A DNA stretch of 64,000 nt from Squalus acanthias. Lineage: Eukaryota. The stretch is taken from assembly GCA_030390025.1 (NCBI GenBank), contig CM059432.1, positions 121,026,001 to 121,090,000 of the forward strand, read 5' to 3'. Below are positions 35,534 to 47,199 of the stretch, in pieces; positions within the stretch are counted from its first letter, which is position 1, and every line of letters starts with the position of its first letter. The notes below the pieces were generated by a model. That model saw only the letters and a program-made list of their open reading frames with translations. It was not told where the DNA came from and ran no database searches. Both the position numbers and the translations under genes were made by a program.

Positions 35534-36440
35534 GTCATTACCAGAGCCACGAGCAAATTGGCATAGGGTCAATAGGATCAGGGAGATGAATGCGTGGCTC
35601 AAAGATTGGTGTGGGAGAAGTGGGTTTCGATTCGTGGGGCATTGGCACCAGTACTGGGGAAAGAGAGAGCTGTTCTGCAGGGACAGACTACACCTGAACC
35701 ATGTTGGGACCAGAGTTCTAGAGAATCGAATAACTAGGGAGGTAGATAGGGCTTTAAACTAAAAAAGTGGGGGGAGGGTCTCGGTGGAGAGAAATCTAGA
35801 ATGCTAAAGAGAAAAGACAAGGAAGCAGTGCAGGAAAGTGATTGGGATAAGGACAACCAGATTGTGTCAGGAAGGGACAGAGCGTACAAACAAAGGAGTG
35901 CACTAACAAATAGGGTCTGGGTAAGAAAAAATGGCAATAAGACAAATAGGGCCATAGTACAAAAAAATGTTAAGATGTCTAAAAATTTTAAAAAGACAAA
36001 TCTAAAGGCACTGTACCTGAATGCACGAAGCATTCGTAATAAGGTAGAAGAATTAACAGCGCAAATAGATGTAAACGGATACGATATAATTATGAGTACG
36101 GATCTGGGAGCTGAATATCCAAGGATATTCGATATTTAGGAAGGACAGGCAAAAAGGAAAAGGAGGTGGGGTGGCCTTGTTAGTAAAGGATGAAATAAGA
36201 GCAATAGTGAGAAAGGATATTGGCTCAGAAAATCAAGATGTAGAATCAGTCTTGGTGGAGTTAAGAAGCACCAAGGGGCAGAAAGCTTTGGTGGGAGTTG
36301 TCTATAGGCCTCCAAACAGTAGTGGTAATGTAGGGGATGGCATCAAACAGGAAATTAGAGATGCATGTAACAAGGGTACTACAGTAATCATGGGTGACTT
36401 TAATCTACATATAGACTGGCCAAACCAAATTAGCAATAAT

Positions 36441-37192
36441 GGGCCAGAAATTCGGCTGTTGTCAGGTGAGTACGCACCGTAAGGCCATCTGAAGTGCCGG
36501 TTTCCTGCATGCACTGCGCATGCACGGGAAACCGGAACTTCCGTTCCCCTGAAGGGAGGGGTTCAGAAGTCAAACGTGTGCGCGGGAGAGGCTGTGCGCA
36601 CGCAGCGAACTTCGTTTTTTTTTTCAGGTTTCTCCGGGAAGGTAAGTATGAAGAAGCTGCGCTTTTAAAAAGGAGGCGGAAGGCCTGTTTTTAACAAGGT
36701 AAGTGGTTAATTAATTACAATTTTGAAATTTTTTAAACCGGTTTATCTTTTTTCGATACTTTAAAGAAAGGTAAGTTTATTTTTAGCACCGTTACAAAGT
36801 ATAATTAATTTTTTCAAAAATTTTAATTTTTGTTTAAAGTAGTTAATTTATTTAACTTATAGTTATTTTAAAAATGTGATTTAAAAAACAAAAATATTTG
36901 AAGTTTAAGTGTGGTTTTGGGGCCGATCTCTATTCATAGATTTGAAAGGTCTTCCTGTCAAATCTATGAATGAAAATGCCCTGCTAGGATTGGCTCTCCA
37001 TGGCCCACGTGATCCCAGGGGATGCTTCGAACTAACTGCGCCCCTGGGATACACAAGCACTGCGCGCCGGCAGCTGCAGGAGGCCCAGGACCCGAAGTCC
37101 TCGTGGGCCCAAAGCACAACTGCTGGCGCGGTGAACAAATACGCGCGCGATGCTTGCACCCGCAGGAAGCCTGAAAGCTGAATTTCTGGCCC
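36441..37192. mobile_element. Harbinger-type MITE (family B)
   Basis: TIRs GGGCCAGAAATTC / GAATTTCTGGCCC with 3-bp flanks AAT/ATT; interrupts the CR1 endonuclease. Confidence 0.87.
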
Positions 37193-37631
37193 ATTATTGT
37201 TGAGGATGAATTCCTGGCGTATTTACGAGATGGTTTTTTAGACCAGTACGTTGAGGAGCCAACTAGGGAACAGGCTATCCTAGATTGGGTATTGTGCAAT
37301 GAGAAGGGGTTAATTAATAATCTTGTTGTGCGGGGTCCTTTAGGGAAGAGTGACCATAACATGATAGAATTCTTCATTAAGATGGAAAGTGAAGAAGTCC
37401 AATCCGAATCTAGGGTCCTAAATCTAAACAAAGGAAACTACGAAGGTATGAGGAGTGAGTTGGCTATGATAGATTGAGGAGTTTCATTAAAAGGCATGAC
37501 GGTGGATAGGCAATGGCTAACATTTAAGGAACGAATGCATGAATTGCAACAGTTATACATTCATTTCTGGCGCAAAAACACAAAGGGAAAAGCGGCCCAA
37601 CCATGGCTAACAAAAGCAATTAAGGATAGTA

Positions 37632-39497
37632 CAGGTTGAGCGTCCAAAATCTGGAGTTCCAGAATCCGGAATTCTCCGGAACCGGAACGATTGGCGGCAG
37701 GGTCGTCCGGAATCCGTAAAATGTAACGGAATCCGGACACCCTGTCAAACCGTTTCTGCCGCCAGCCGGGCCCAGTGAAAAGTCAAAAAATGAAATCCAA
37801 CTACTGCATAGTGACAAAAATTGCAAGAATAAAAACGCCAATCCTACTTGTTCCAGGCCAGGTCTTCACAGTCACCGCACCGCTGCTCCTGGGTCCACAG
37901 CAACTCTGCACAGCACACAAGTCCCTTTGGCCAGAATCAACTCTGCACAGCACACAAGTCCCTTTGTCCAGACTCAATCCCAGCTGACCCACCTACATCC
38001 CATGATCAGACCCCACCCAACCTGACTCCATTGCTGTGGTGTTTTTCCCGATTTAAAGATCTGCACAGGTAAAGACTGTGAATTTGTGTTGTCATTGCAA
38101 ACATGACAAAAAGGCCAACAGATACCCCAATGGGTTCAGATAAAGGAAAGAGGAAGCATAGTTCACTTTCAATTGCCAAGAAGGTTGAGTTACTTCGGAG
38201 GTTAGATAGAGGTGCTTCAGTGAGAAGATTGAGTGAGGAGTATGGTGTTGGACTCTCCACCATCTATGATATTAGAAAACAGAAAGAACAGCTCATGAAG
38301 TTTTATGTGGAAAGTGATGTTCATGAGGAAATGAGTAAGAGAAAAAGTATGCATAAGCCGAAATGTGATGATTTGGATCGAGCAGTGATGGAATGGTGGT
38401 GACAGAGGCGAAGTGAAAAGGTTCCTTTGTCTGGCCCAATGGTGGTGCAACAAGCTAAAATATTCCATGCACAACTGGGGATTGAAACTCCATGCGAGTA
38501 CTCTTCTGGTTGGCTAGCCAAATTTAAAAGGCATCATGGCATCAGGCAACTGAAAGTATGTGGTGAGAAAGCCTCGGAAGATCATGAGGCAGCTGAAAAT
38601 TATATTGATGAGAGGGTTTTGCATCCAGAAGAAAAGGATGAAAGCAGTGAGGATGATGATGATGATGCCTGTGATCAAGTCGAAAAAGTGCCGATTGACA
38701 AAGCAATCAATCTTTGTCAAGAATTAATTCACGCCTTAGAGCAACGAAGCTTCATAAGTGAAGAAGAAATACTGCAGGTCTACAGAATTCGGGAAAGATT
38801 AGTGAAAGAAAAGCCCAAATTATTTAAACAAACAACAATATTTAAATATCTTTCAAAAGATGTCGCAACAGAAGGCCCAAGACCTACAGCGTGCAACTAC
38901 ACCAGTAATTTACACATTTGATAATCCTATTGCTGGCCCAGCATCAGCCCCAGACATCATAGCTGAGCCCTCTACTTCAAGCACAACCTCCAGCCAATTG
39001 TAACTGTACCTGTTTATTTTTACTCTGTTTAACAAATAAAAGCCTTCATTTACTGTTTTATATTTCATAACTTAACTGTTTTACAAATAAAAACCTTTAT
39101 TATATTTCATGCTTTGAGTACTGTACATTCCTTTTCAAATTTGAAGATGGTAGCAAAAGATACAGGCCGGGAAGCTCACATTAAGTACAGTTACAGAGTA
39201 CAGTGTTGCAAAAACAAGAGAGGGAGGCTTACTATGCGTTGCGAAGAAGCGAGGACTACAAGGCCTGCGAGGAGAAGAACTACAAGGTGACGTCCAAAAA
39301 CCGGAAATATCGCAACCTGGGCCCAGGCATTTCCGGGCTCGGAACGTGTTTCTGATGTCCAAAGTCCAGAAACGCCCGAGCCCAGGTTACGATATTTCCG
39401 GACTTCGGACATCAGAAACACGTTCCGAAGTCCGGAAAAACATGAAAACCGGATCGGCCTCGGTCTCGAGGTTGCCGGATTCAGGACGCTCAACCTG
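37632..39497 (+). mobile_element. Tigger/pogo DNA transposon, internal-deletion derivative
   Basis: TIRs CAGGTTGAGCGTCC / GGACGCTCAACCTG, TA target (right copy reads CA), and subterminal TCCGGA-rich repeats. Confidence 0.9.
38103..38921 (+). pseudogene. Tigger/Jerky-like transposase retaining HTH-psq and CENP-B HTH; DDE domain deleted; internal stop
   Basis: KRKHSSLSIAKKVELL...YGVGLSTIYDIRK, then TGA at 38400-38402, then SGPMVVQQAK...SSGWLAKFKRHHGI. The sequence then jumps directly to the acidic C-terminal region. Confidence 0.85.
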
Positions 39498-39693
39498 CAT
39501 TAGATCCAAAGCGGAGTCATATAAAGTTGCCAGAAAAAGTAGCAAGCCTGAGGATTGGTAGCAGTTTAGAGTTCAGCAAAAAACGACCAAGAGATCGATT
39601 AAGAGGGGCAAAATAGATTATGAGAGTAAACTTGCAAGGAACATAAAAGCGGATTGTAAAAGCTTCTACAAGTATGTAAAAAGAAAAAGATTC

Positions 39694-41416
39694 GTGAAGA
39701 CAAATGTAGGTCCCTTACAGTCAGAAACGGGAGAACTTATAATGAGGAACAAGGAAATGGCTGGGCAATTAAACAAATACTTTGGTTCAGTCTTCACGGA
39801 AGAGGACACAAATAACTTCCCAGAAATGCTAGGGAACCAAGGGTCGAGTGAGAAGGAGGAATTAAAGGAAATGATTATTAGTAAAGAAATAGTGCTAGAG
39901 AAATTAATGGGACTGAAAGCTGATAAATCCCCAGGGCCTGATAATCTGCATCCCAGAGTACTAAAAGAGGTAGCCATGGAAATAGTGGATGCATTGCTTA
40001 TCATCTTCCAAAATTCTATAGATTATGGAACAGTTCCTGCAGATTGGAGGGTGGCAAATGTAACCCCACTATTTAAAAAAGGAGGGAGAGAGAAAACAGG
40101 GAACTACAGACCGGTTAGCCTAACATCTGTAGTAGGGAAAATGCTAAAGTCTATTATAAAGGATGTGATAACAGGACACTTAGAAAATATCAACAGGATT
40201 AGACAAAGTCAACATGGATTTATGAAAGGGAAATCGTGTTTGACAAACCTACTGTTTTGAGGATGTAACTGGTAGAATAGATAAGGGAGAACCAGTGAAT
40301 GTGGTGTATTTGGATTTTCAGAAGGCCTTTGATAAAGTCCCACATAAGAGGTTAGTGTGCAAAATTAAAGCACATGGGATTGGGGGTAATATAGTGGCAT
40401 GGATTGAAAATTGGTTAACAGACAGGAAACAGAGAGTAGGAATAAATGGATCTTTTTCGGGGTGGCAGGCGGTGACTAGTGGGGTACTGCAGGGATCAGT
40501 GCTTGGACCCCAGCTATTCACAATATATATCAATGATTTGGATGAGGGAACCAAATGTAATATTTCCAAGTTTGCTGACGACACGAAACTAGGTGGGATT
40601 TTGAGTTGTGAGGAGGATGCAAAGATGCTTCAAGGTGATTTAGACAAGTTGAGTGAGTGGTCAAATACATGGCAGATGCAGAATAATGTGGATGAATGTG
40701 AAGTTATCCACTTCGGTAGGAAAAACAGAAAGGTAGAGTATTATTTAAATGGTGATAGATTGGGAAATGTTGATGTACAAAGGGACCTGGGTGTCCTTGT
40801 ACACCAGTCACTGAAAGCAAACATGCAGGTGCAGCAAGCAGTTAGGAAGGCAAATGGTATGTTGGCCTTCATTGCAAGAGGATTTGAGTACAGGAGCAAA
40901 GATGTCTTACTACAGTTATACAGGGCTTTGGTGAGACCACACCTGGAGTACTGTGTGCAGTTTTGGTCTCCTTACCTAAGAAAGGATATACTTGCCATAG
41001 AGGGAGTGCAGCAAAGGTTCACCAGACTGATTCCTTGGATGGCAAGACTGTCGTATGAGGAGAGATTGGGTCGACTAGCCCTGTATTCACTAGAGTTTAG
41101 AAGAATGAGAGGGGATCTCATTGAAACGTATAAAATTCTGAAAGGGCTAGACAGACTGGATGCAGGGAGGATGTTTCCCCTGGCTGGGGGGTCCAGAACG
41201 AGGGGTCACAGTCTCAGGATACAGGGTAGGACATTTAGGACTGAGATGAGGAGAAATTTCTTCACTCAGATGGCGGTGAACCTGTGGAATTCTCTACCAC
41301 AGAAGGCTGTGGAGGCCAAGTCACTGAATATATTTAAGAAGGAGATAGATGGATTTCTAGACACAAAAGGCATCAAGGGGTATGGGGCAGAGAGCGGGAA
41401 TATGGTATTGAATTAG
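39694..41416 (+). pseudogene. CR1 ORF2 reverse transcriptase, one frameshift near 40255
   Basis: KSPGPD, NYRPVSLTS, QHGFMKGKSCLTNL, then in a second frame YLDFQKAFDKVPH, QGSVLGP, FADD. Confidence 0.92.
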
Positions 41417-41777
41417 AGGATCAGTCATGATCATATTAAATGGCGGAGCAGGCTCGAAGGGCCGAATGGCCTACTCCTGCTCCTATTTTTCGATGTTTCA
41501 AATGAAACAGCAACTCTTACTGCAAACCGTCCATCTGTGGAAGAAAAATGAAAACTTCAGCCAAAGGTGGAAAGAGAAGATGAAAGCAGAAGGAAAGGCT
41601 CCAGTCTGTGAGATAGGCCAGATACCAGAAGGAATGTCTGTCAGTGGGAGACAAAGGGAACAACTGAGGCTCTCGTCTATGAGAGGGGTTTGCAACTATA
41701 ACTTATTAATTGCGTACAACAACAAAATAATCACTAATTTGTCTGGATGTAAATCTGTGGATACTGACTACATAATA

Positions 41778-42305
41778 ACAACAACAACAACTTGTATTTA
41801 TATAGCGCCTTTAATGTAGTAAAACGTCCCAAGGTGCTTCACAGGAGCATTATCAAATAAAATGTAACACCGAGCCATGTAAGGAGATATTAGGGCAGAT
41901 GACCAAAGGCTTGGTCAAAGACTCAGGTTTTAAGGAGCGTCTTAAAGGAGGAAAGAGAGGTAGAGAAGTGGATAGATTTATGGAGGGAATTCCAGAGCTT
42001 AGGGCCTCGGCAGCTAAAGGTACGGCCACCAATGGTGGAGCGATTCGCAAATCGGGGATGCGCAAGAGGCCTGAACTGGAGGAGCGCAGATATCTCGGAG
42101 GGTTGTATGCAATGTTCCCTTTAATCTTTTTGGCTGTGCGGCCCCACTAAGGGGCTTTGCGGCCCATTCAAAATACCGTGCATGCGCGGTTTTTCCTATT
42201 TAAAAGCCGGTGAGCCAGCTGCACGGGAGCTGCAGAGCACGACGCGGAAAGGTGGCCGCGCATCTTAAAGGTTGCAGAGCTGGAGGAGGTTACAGAGATA
42301 GGGAC
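41778..42305 (-). mobile_element. L2-type LINE 3' fragment with a small internal insertion (~42110-42270)
   Basis: (ACA)n followed by CTTGTATTTATATAGCGCCTT, the reverse of an L2-type tail. Confidence 0.65.
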
Positions 42306-42589
42306 AACACCCTGAAGTAGTATTTAAAAAGAATGTTAACCAATCACAATATTATATTTAGATATTATTTAAACATTTAGCGGCAAGGCACACTTGTTGG
42401 GTGATGCGGTGTGTTTAAACATTAACCTTTCATCTCTGGGAAGCAACATGATGAAAGTATCTTCTTTGACAACTTAATATTTTTGCCCAGAGCAGTGAGT
42501 TGAAATGAGATGATGCAGTCTGAGCATGTGCAAGGTACCTAGTTTCCCAGGATGCCTCAGTACCGTTCAACATTGAACCTTATGTGTTA

Positions 42590-43075
42590 GGGGTACGGTA
42601 GCATAATGGTTATGTTACTGAACTAGTAATCCAGAGGCCTGGACCAATGATCTGCAGACGTGAGTTCAAATCCCATTCAAATTTAAATTCAGTTAATTAA
42701 ATAAATCTGGAATAAAAAGCTAATATCATTAATGGTGACCATGAATCTATCGGATTGTCGTAAAAACCCATCTGGTTCACTAATGTCCTTTAGTGGAAGG
42801 AAATCTGCTGTCCTTACCCAGTCTGGCCTATGTGTGACTCCAGACCCACAGCAATGTGGTTGACTCTTAACTGCTCCTCTGAAATGGCCGAGTAAGGCAC
42901 TCAGTTGTACCAAACCGCTATGACAAAGTCAGCACTGTGGGACACCTTCACCACACAGACTGCAGCGGTTCAAGAAGGCAGCACACCACCACCTTCACAA
43001 GGGCAATTAGGGTTGGGCAATCAATGCTGGCCTGGCCAGCGACGCCCACATCCCACAAACAAATAAATAAGAAAC
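42590..43075 (+). mobile_element. tRNA-derived SINE with LINE-derived 3' tail
   Basis: Box A-like TAGCATAATGG and box B-like GAGTTCAAATCCC. 42932-43060 matches the LINE 3' end at ~17987-18115. Confidence 0.75.
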
Positions 43076-43719
43076 ATAACAATAACAATATCTGTCAAAC
43101 ATCAACTAGAGGAAGGGAAGAATTACGATGCAATGACATGGTTGTTGTAGAATCAGTGTGGATTGTAAGACTGGATTTATATCCTGCAGTTTCATTTGAT
43201 TGCTTTTGTGGAAAGGGAACATGGCACAACTTACATGGAGCTTTGTGTGGGTGGTGTAGACTCCATGACTGAAAATTGTACATGGACTGTGGGGAAAACA
43301 TCTGGTGAGCTGAAGAACCTTTCCTTGCTTCACAGTAAATGATATTCTTAAGACATCTGCATTCCATGTCAGAAATTGTATCTGATTTCTCAGTTACTGA
43401 AGTTTACAGAGGTAATATATACTTTAAAAGCATTTGTCACTATCAAATCTGCAACATCAATCAAATCTGTTATAGGACAAGGCATGTAATATTGATTTAT
43501 ATTTCACTGTTGTGGATGACCTACATCAGTAACTTACGGCATTGATCCTTCTGCATTAGGGAGTCTGCCACACTAGGGAAATAAAATTCTACAGCTTTCC
43601 ACAGTGAAGTGTCTACTATGCTCCAGTGCTACCTGATGCCCATTCTCAATATAGGAAGATTAGGATATAAAAACATCTTTGTGTAAAATTTCATGACCGG
43701 ATTAATGACAATTATAACA

Positions 43720-44150
43720 ATAACTTGCATTGACACAGCACTTTTAACGTAAATAATGTCCCATGGTGCTTCATAGTAAGGAAAATGAGTGCTGAGAAGT
43801 GAAGGGCAAAGTTAGGAGTGGTGACCAACAGCTTGTTCAAAGAGAGGGGTATCCAGAAAGTTTAAAGAAGGATAGGAAGGTGGAGAGGCAAAGAGATTTA
43901 GGGAGGGAATTCTAAAGAGTAGGATCCAGGCAGTGGAAGGCACAACCACCAGTGATGGGGAAAAGAGATGGGATGGATTAAAGCCAGAATGAGAGGAATG
44001 GAGTGTTGGGGGTGGGCAATGTAGGACTGCAGGAGATTGCAGAGATAGGTTGGGATGAGGCCACAGAGGTATTTAAGGATGAAGAGGATTTTAAATTTAA
44101 TATGTTAGAGACAAGGAGCCAATATAGCTCGGTGAAAACAGAGGTGATGG
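43720..44150 (-). mobile_element. Old L2-type fragment
   Basis: Diverged similarity to 41778-42305. Confidence 0.5.
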
Positions 44151-44908
44151 ACATATACCATTCAATAACCTTTGTGCGTTAGATGGAATAACACCAGGCT
44201 ACCACCAATGACAACTGTTACAAAGGAAGATGCCTCTCAAGACTGTCTCATGAAATTAACTGTGGCAGTGATTGGAACCATTGAAATACCTGGAGAAATG
44301 ACAAGAAATGAATGCATGCCCCAGCAACCTTGGTTTAGCAAATGGTGGTTCTCCCTGAAATTATACCGTTTGGAAACAACAGAGTTCCAGGCAGTGACAC
44401 TCTCTGGGAGTGTCACTGCCTGGAACAGGAAAATGTGGGATGGTTTGTTTCTGAAATGTCATGAAGACTTTTTCGACTGATATGGAATGTCGAGGTGCAA
44501 CTGCACTACTATTGTATTCGTAGCAGAAGCAGGAATGTCTGGGTTACGGTTGGAGAGCAGTAAACATTGTACTCATTCACATCTTAGATCCAGTAACTAC
44601 AAACAGGTATTCCGAATCCCATTTGTATCAAACCTCATGGAAATGGCCATACATACAAACATACATACAGTCTACAGCACAGAAACGGGCCACGTGCCTC
44701 CTCCCACCCCTCTTCATCTAACCCTATAAGCATCTCCTTCTATCTCAGGAATAGAGCCACTAGTCCATGTAATTGTGGTGCGCAGATACTCCCCACCTGC
44801 CCAGAGCCATGTAATCTCCTGGGAGAGTTGAAAAAACATAATATCCCAGGCTAATTAGGGAAGAAATCTGGAAAATTCCTCTCCGACCCCTTTAAAGTGA
44901 TTGAAACT

Positions 44909-45202
44909 AGTCCAGGAGATCATATAGACAGCCCAGGAGATCACATAGACAACCCAGGAGATCACATAGACAACCCAGGAGATCACATAGACAGTCCAGG
45001 AGATCACATAGACAGTCCAGGAGATCACATAGACAGTCCAGGAGATCACATAGACAGTCCAGGAGATCACATAGACAGTCCAGGAGATCACATAGACAGC
45101 CCAGGATATCACATAGACAGCCCAGGAGATCACATAGACAGCCCAGGAGATCACATAGACAGCCCAGGAGATCACATAGACAACCTAGGAGATCACATAG
45201 AC
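44909..45202. repeat. 21-bp minisatellite, 14 copies
   Basis: Unit AG(C/T)CCAGGAGATCACATAGAC; copy number counted from the SPGDHID translation. Confidence 0.95.
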
Positions 45203-45682
45203 ATAAGAACATAAGAACATAAGAAATAGGAGCAGGAGTAGACCAATCGGCCCCTCGAGCCTGCTCCGCCATTCAATGAGATCATGGCTGATCTGATCCA
45301 ACCTCAACTCTAAAGAACACAAGAAGTAGGAGCAGGACCAGGCCACTCGGCCCCTGGGCCCGCTCCGCCACCCACAGGGCCTTGACTGATCCGAACTCAA
45401 ACTCATGTCCAATTTCCAGCCCGCTCCCCGTAACCCCTAATTCCCTTTACTTCTAGGAAACGGTCTATTTCTGTTTTAAATGTATTTAATGAAGTAGCTT
45501 CCACAGCTTCCTGGGGTAGCAAATTCCACAGACCCACTACCCTCTTAGTGAAAAAGTTTCTCCTCATCTCAGTTTTGAAAGAGCAGCCTCTTATTATAAG
45601 ATTATGTCCCCTAGTTCTAGTTTCACCCATCATTGGGAACATCCTCACCGCGTCCACGCGATTAAGCCCCTTCACAATCTCC
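45203..45682 (-). mobile_element. CR1 3' fragment between the two minisatellite arrays
   Basis: ORF 45403-45675 (-) RMFPMMGETRTRGH...NFFTKRVV; (ATAAGAAC)n tail at 45203. Confidence 0.88.
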
Positions 45683-45781
45683 TGTAATCTCCTGGGAGAG
45701 TTGAAAAAACATAATATCCCAGGCTAATTATGGAAGAAATCTGGAAAATTTCTCTCCGACCCCTTTAAAGTGATTGAAACT

Positions 45782-46159
45782 AGTCCAGGAGATCACATAG
45801 ACAGCCCAGGAGATCACATGGACAGTCCAGGAGATCACATAGACAACCCAGGAGATCACATAGACAGCCTAGGAGATCACATAGACAACCCAGGAGATCA
45901 CATAGACAACCCAGGAGATCACATAGACAACCCAGGAGATCACATAGACAACCCAGGAGATCACATAGACAACCCAGGAGATCACAGAGACAACCCAGGA
46001 GATCACATAGACAGCACAGGAGATCACATAGACAGCCCAGGAGATCACATAGACAGCCCAGGAGATCACATAGACAGCCCAGGAGATCACATAGACAGTC
46101 TAGGAGATCACATAGACAGTCTAGGAGATCACATAGACAGTCCAGGAGATCACATAGAC
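45782..46159. repeat. 21-bp minisatellite, 18 copies
   Basis: Same unit as 44909-45202, preceded by the same ~100-bp leader. Confidence 0.95.
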
Positions 46160-46436
46160 AATGAAAAGTCTTTAGGACATGTGTGCTCTGGTCACTAGTT
46201 TCAGAAAATCTTGATTGACCTGTTGATTGTCTTATGTCCCATAAATGGAGTAATTCTGCTGATACTTCGCATAAAGTTGGCTCTCAGGGCTTCTAAAGTG
46301 CTGAATAGGTATGCAACCCATTTCATAGTGCCATATCAGATGAGCTGTCAAACTGGATACATAAATTCTCAGATGTGGCAGCTAATTAACCATGATAAAC
46401 GGGTGTCTGTCTTCTTATCACAATGTTTATGCAAGG

Positions 46437-46555
46437 GTAAAAAGCAAAATACTCTAGATGCTGACAAAAGGTCATTGACTCTAAACGTTACCCCTATAAT
46501 TCTCTCTCCAGAGGCGGTCTGGCCTGCTGAGCATTTCAAGTATTTTCTGTTTATA
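46437..46555 (+). mobile_element. Degenerate Penelope pLTR insertion
   Basis: 11-bp TSD TTTATGCAAGG (46426-46436 and 46556-46566); diverged copy of 24918-25074. Confidence 0.7.
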
Positions 46556-47199
46556 TTTATGCAAGGATATCATGCTTTAATTCAAGCAAATTGTGCCAGT
46601 GTCCATAACATGAGAGCCATAATTCTGCACCTACAGGCAGCACTACACCACCTGGGAGTGCCAGATAATGGAGCTGCCTTTTAAAAGAGCAAGGGGTAAA
46701 AATTCAGTTGGTTGCGCCTCCCGTTAGCGCCTTAAGAGGGCGCTAATGGGGCGCAAAGCCGCTAACGCCCGGGCGCAGCGATGTTTGCGCCGCTCGGGAA
46801 CTTAACTAGAGATTGTGCGGCGGCGCTAAAACTTACCGCTGCGACCACCTGCGCGCACAGATTGTGACGTCATTCCATGGTGCAACGCCCTTGTGGCGCC
46901 CCGGAGCGGAAATTGAGTGGCGCCCCCTGCCTTACCGCCTGGCGCTTCCAACGACCGGAAGACTGGAACGCTATCAATCGCTGTGGGGCTGGGGGGGGCG
47001 CTATTTAAAGGGGGCCTCTTCCTGTCTTTTTCTGTGGTCGACATTTTTGCACCACTCGTTCTGAGAGAGAGAGATTCGGAGAGAGAGAAAGAGAGACTTC
47101 TACATTGACTCAACGCTTTGTGAGGTAGTTTTGCCTATTGATCCTAACTTTGCTGCTACTTTAGTTGCTGTCCTTCATTACTTTGCTTGCAAAGAGAAT

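Larger units (their letters stand above)
31768..41500 (+). mobile_element. CR1 copy 3, essentially full length, with four nested insertions
   Basis: 5' UTR with a duplicated GAGTGCAGC..GTGAACAACTGC unit (31771 and 32815), ORF1 from 33166 to ~35760, ORF2 from ~36000 to 41416, and a 3' stem-loop and tail. Insertions at 32059-32802, 33886-35533, 36441-37192 and 37632-39497. Confidence 0.9.

Noticed and set aside
42590..42680. tRNA gene
   Set aside because: Has only box A/B-like motifs, no clean cloverleaf, and continues into a SINE body and LINE-derived tail.
44810..44925. Hammerhead ribozyme call based on GAAACTAGTC plus a closing stem
   Set aside because: The required CUGANGA box is missing after the 5' stem strand. 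Kept only as an unclassified structure.
44855..46198. Repetitive ORFs (SPGDHID)n, (VISWAVY)n and (CLCDLLG)n; CRISPR-like appearance
   Set aside because: These are translations of a 21-bp head-to-tail minisatellite. There are no unique spacers and no cas genes, and the context is eukaryotic.
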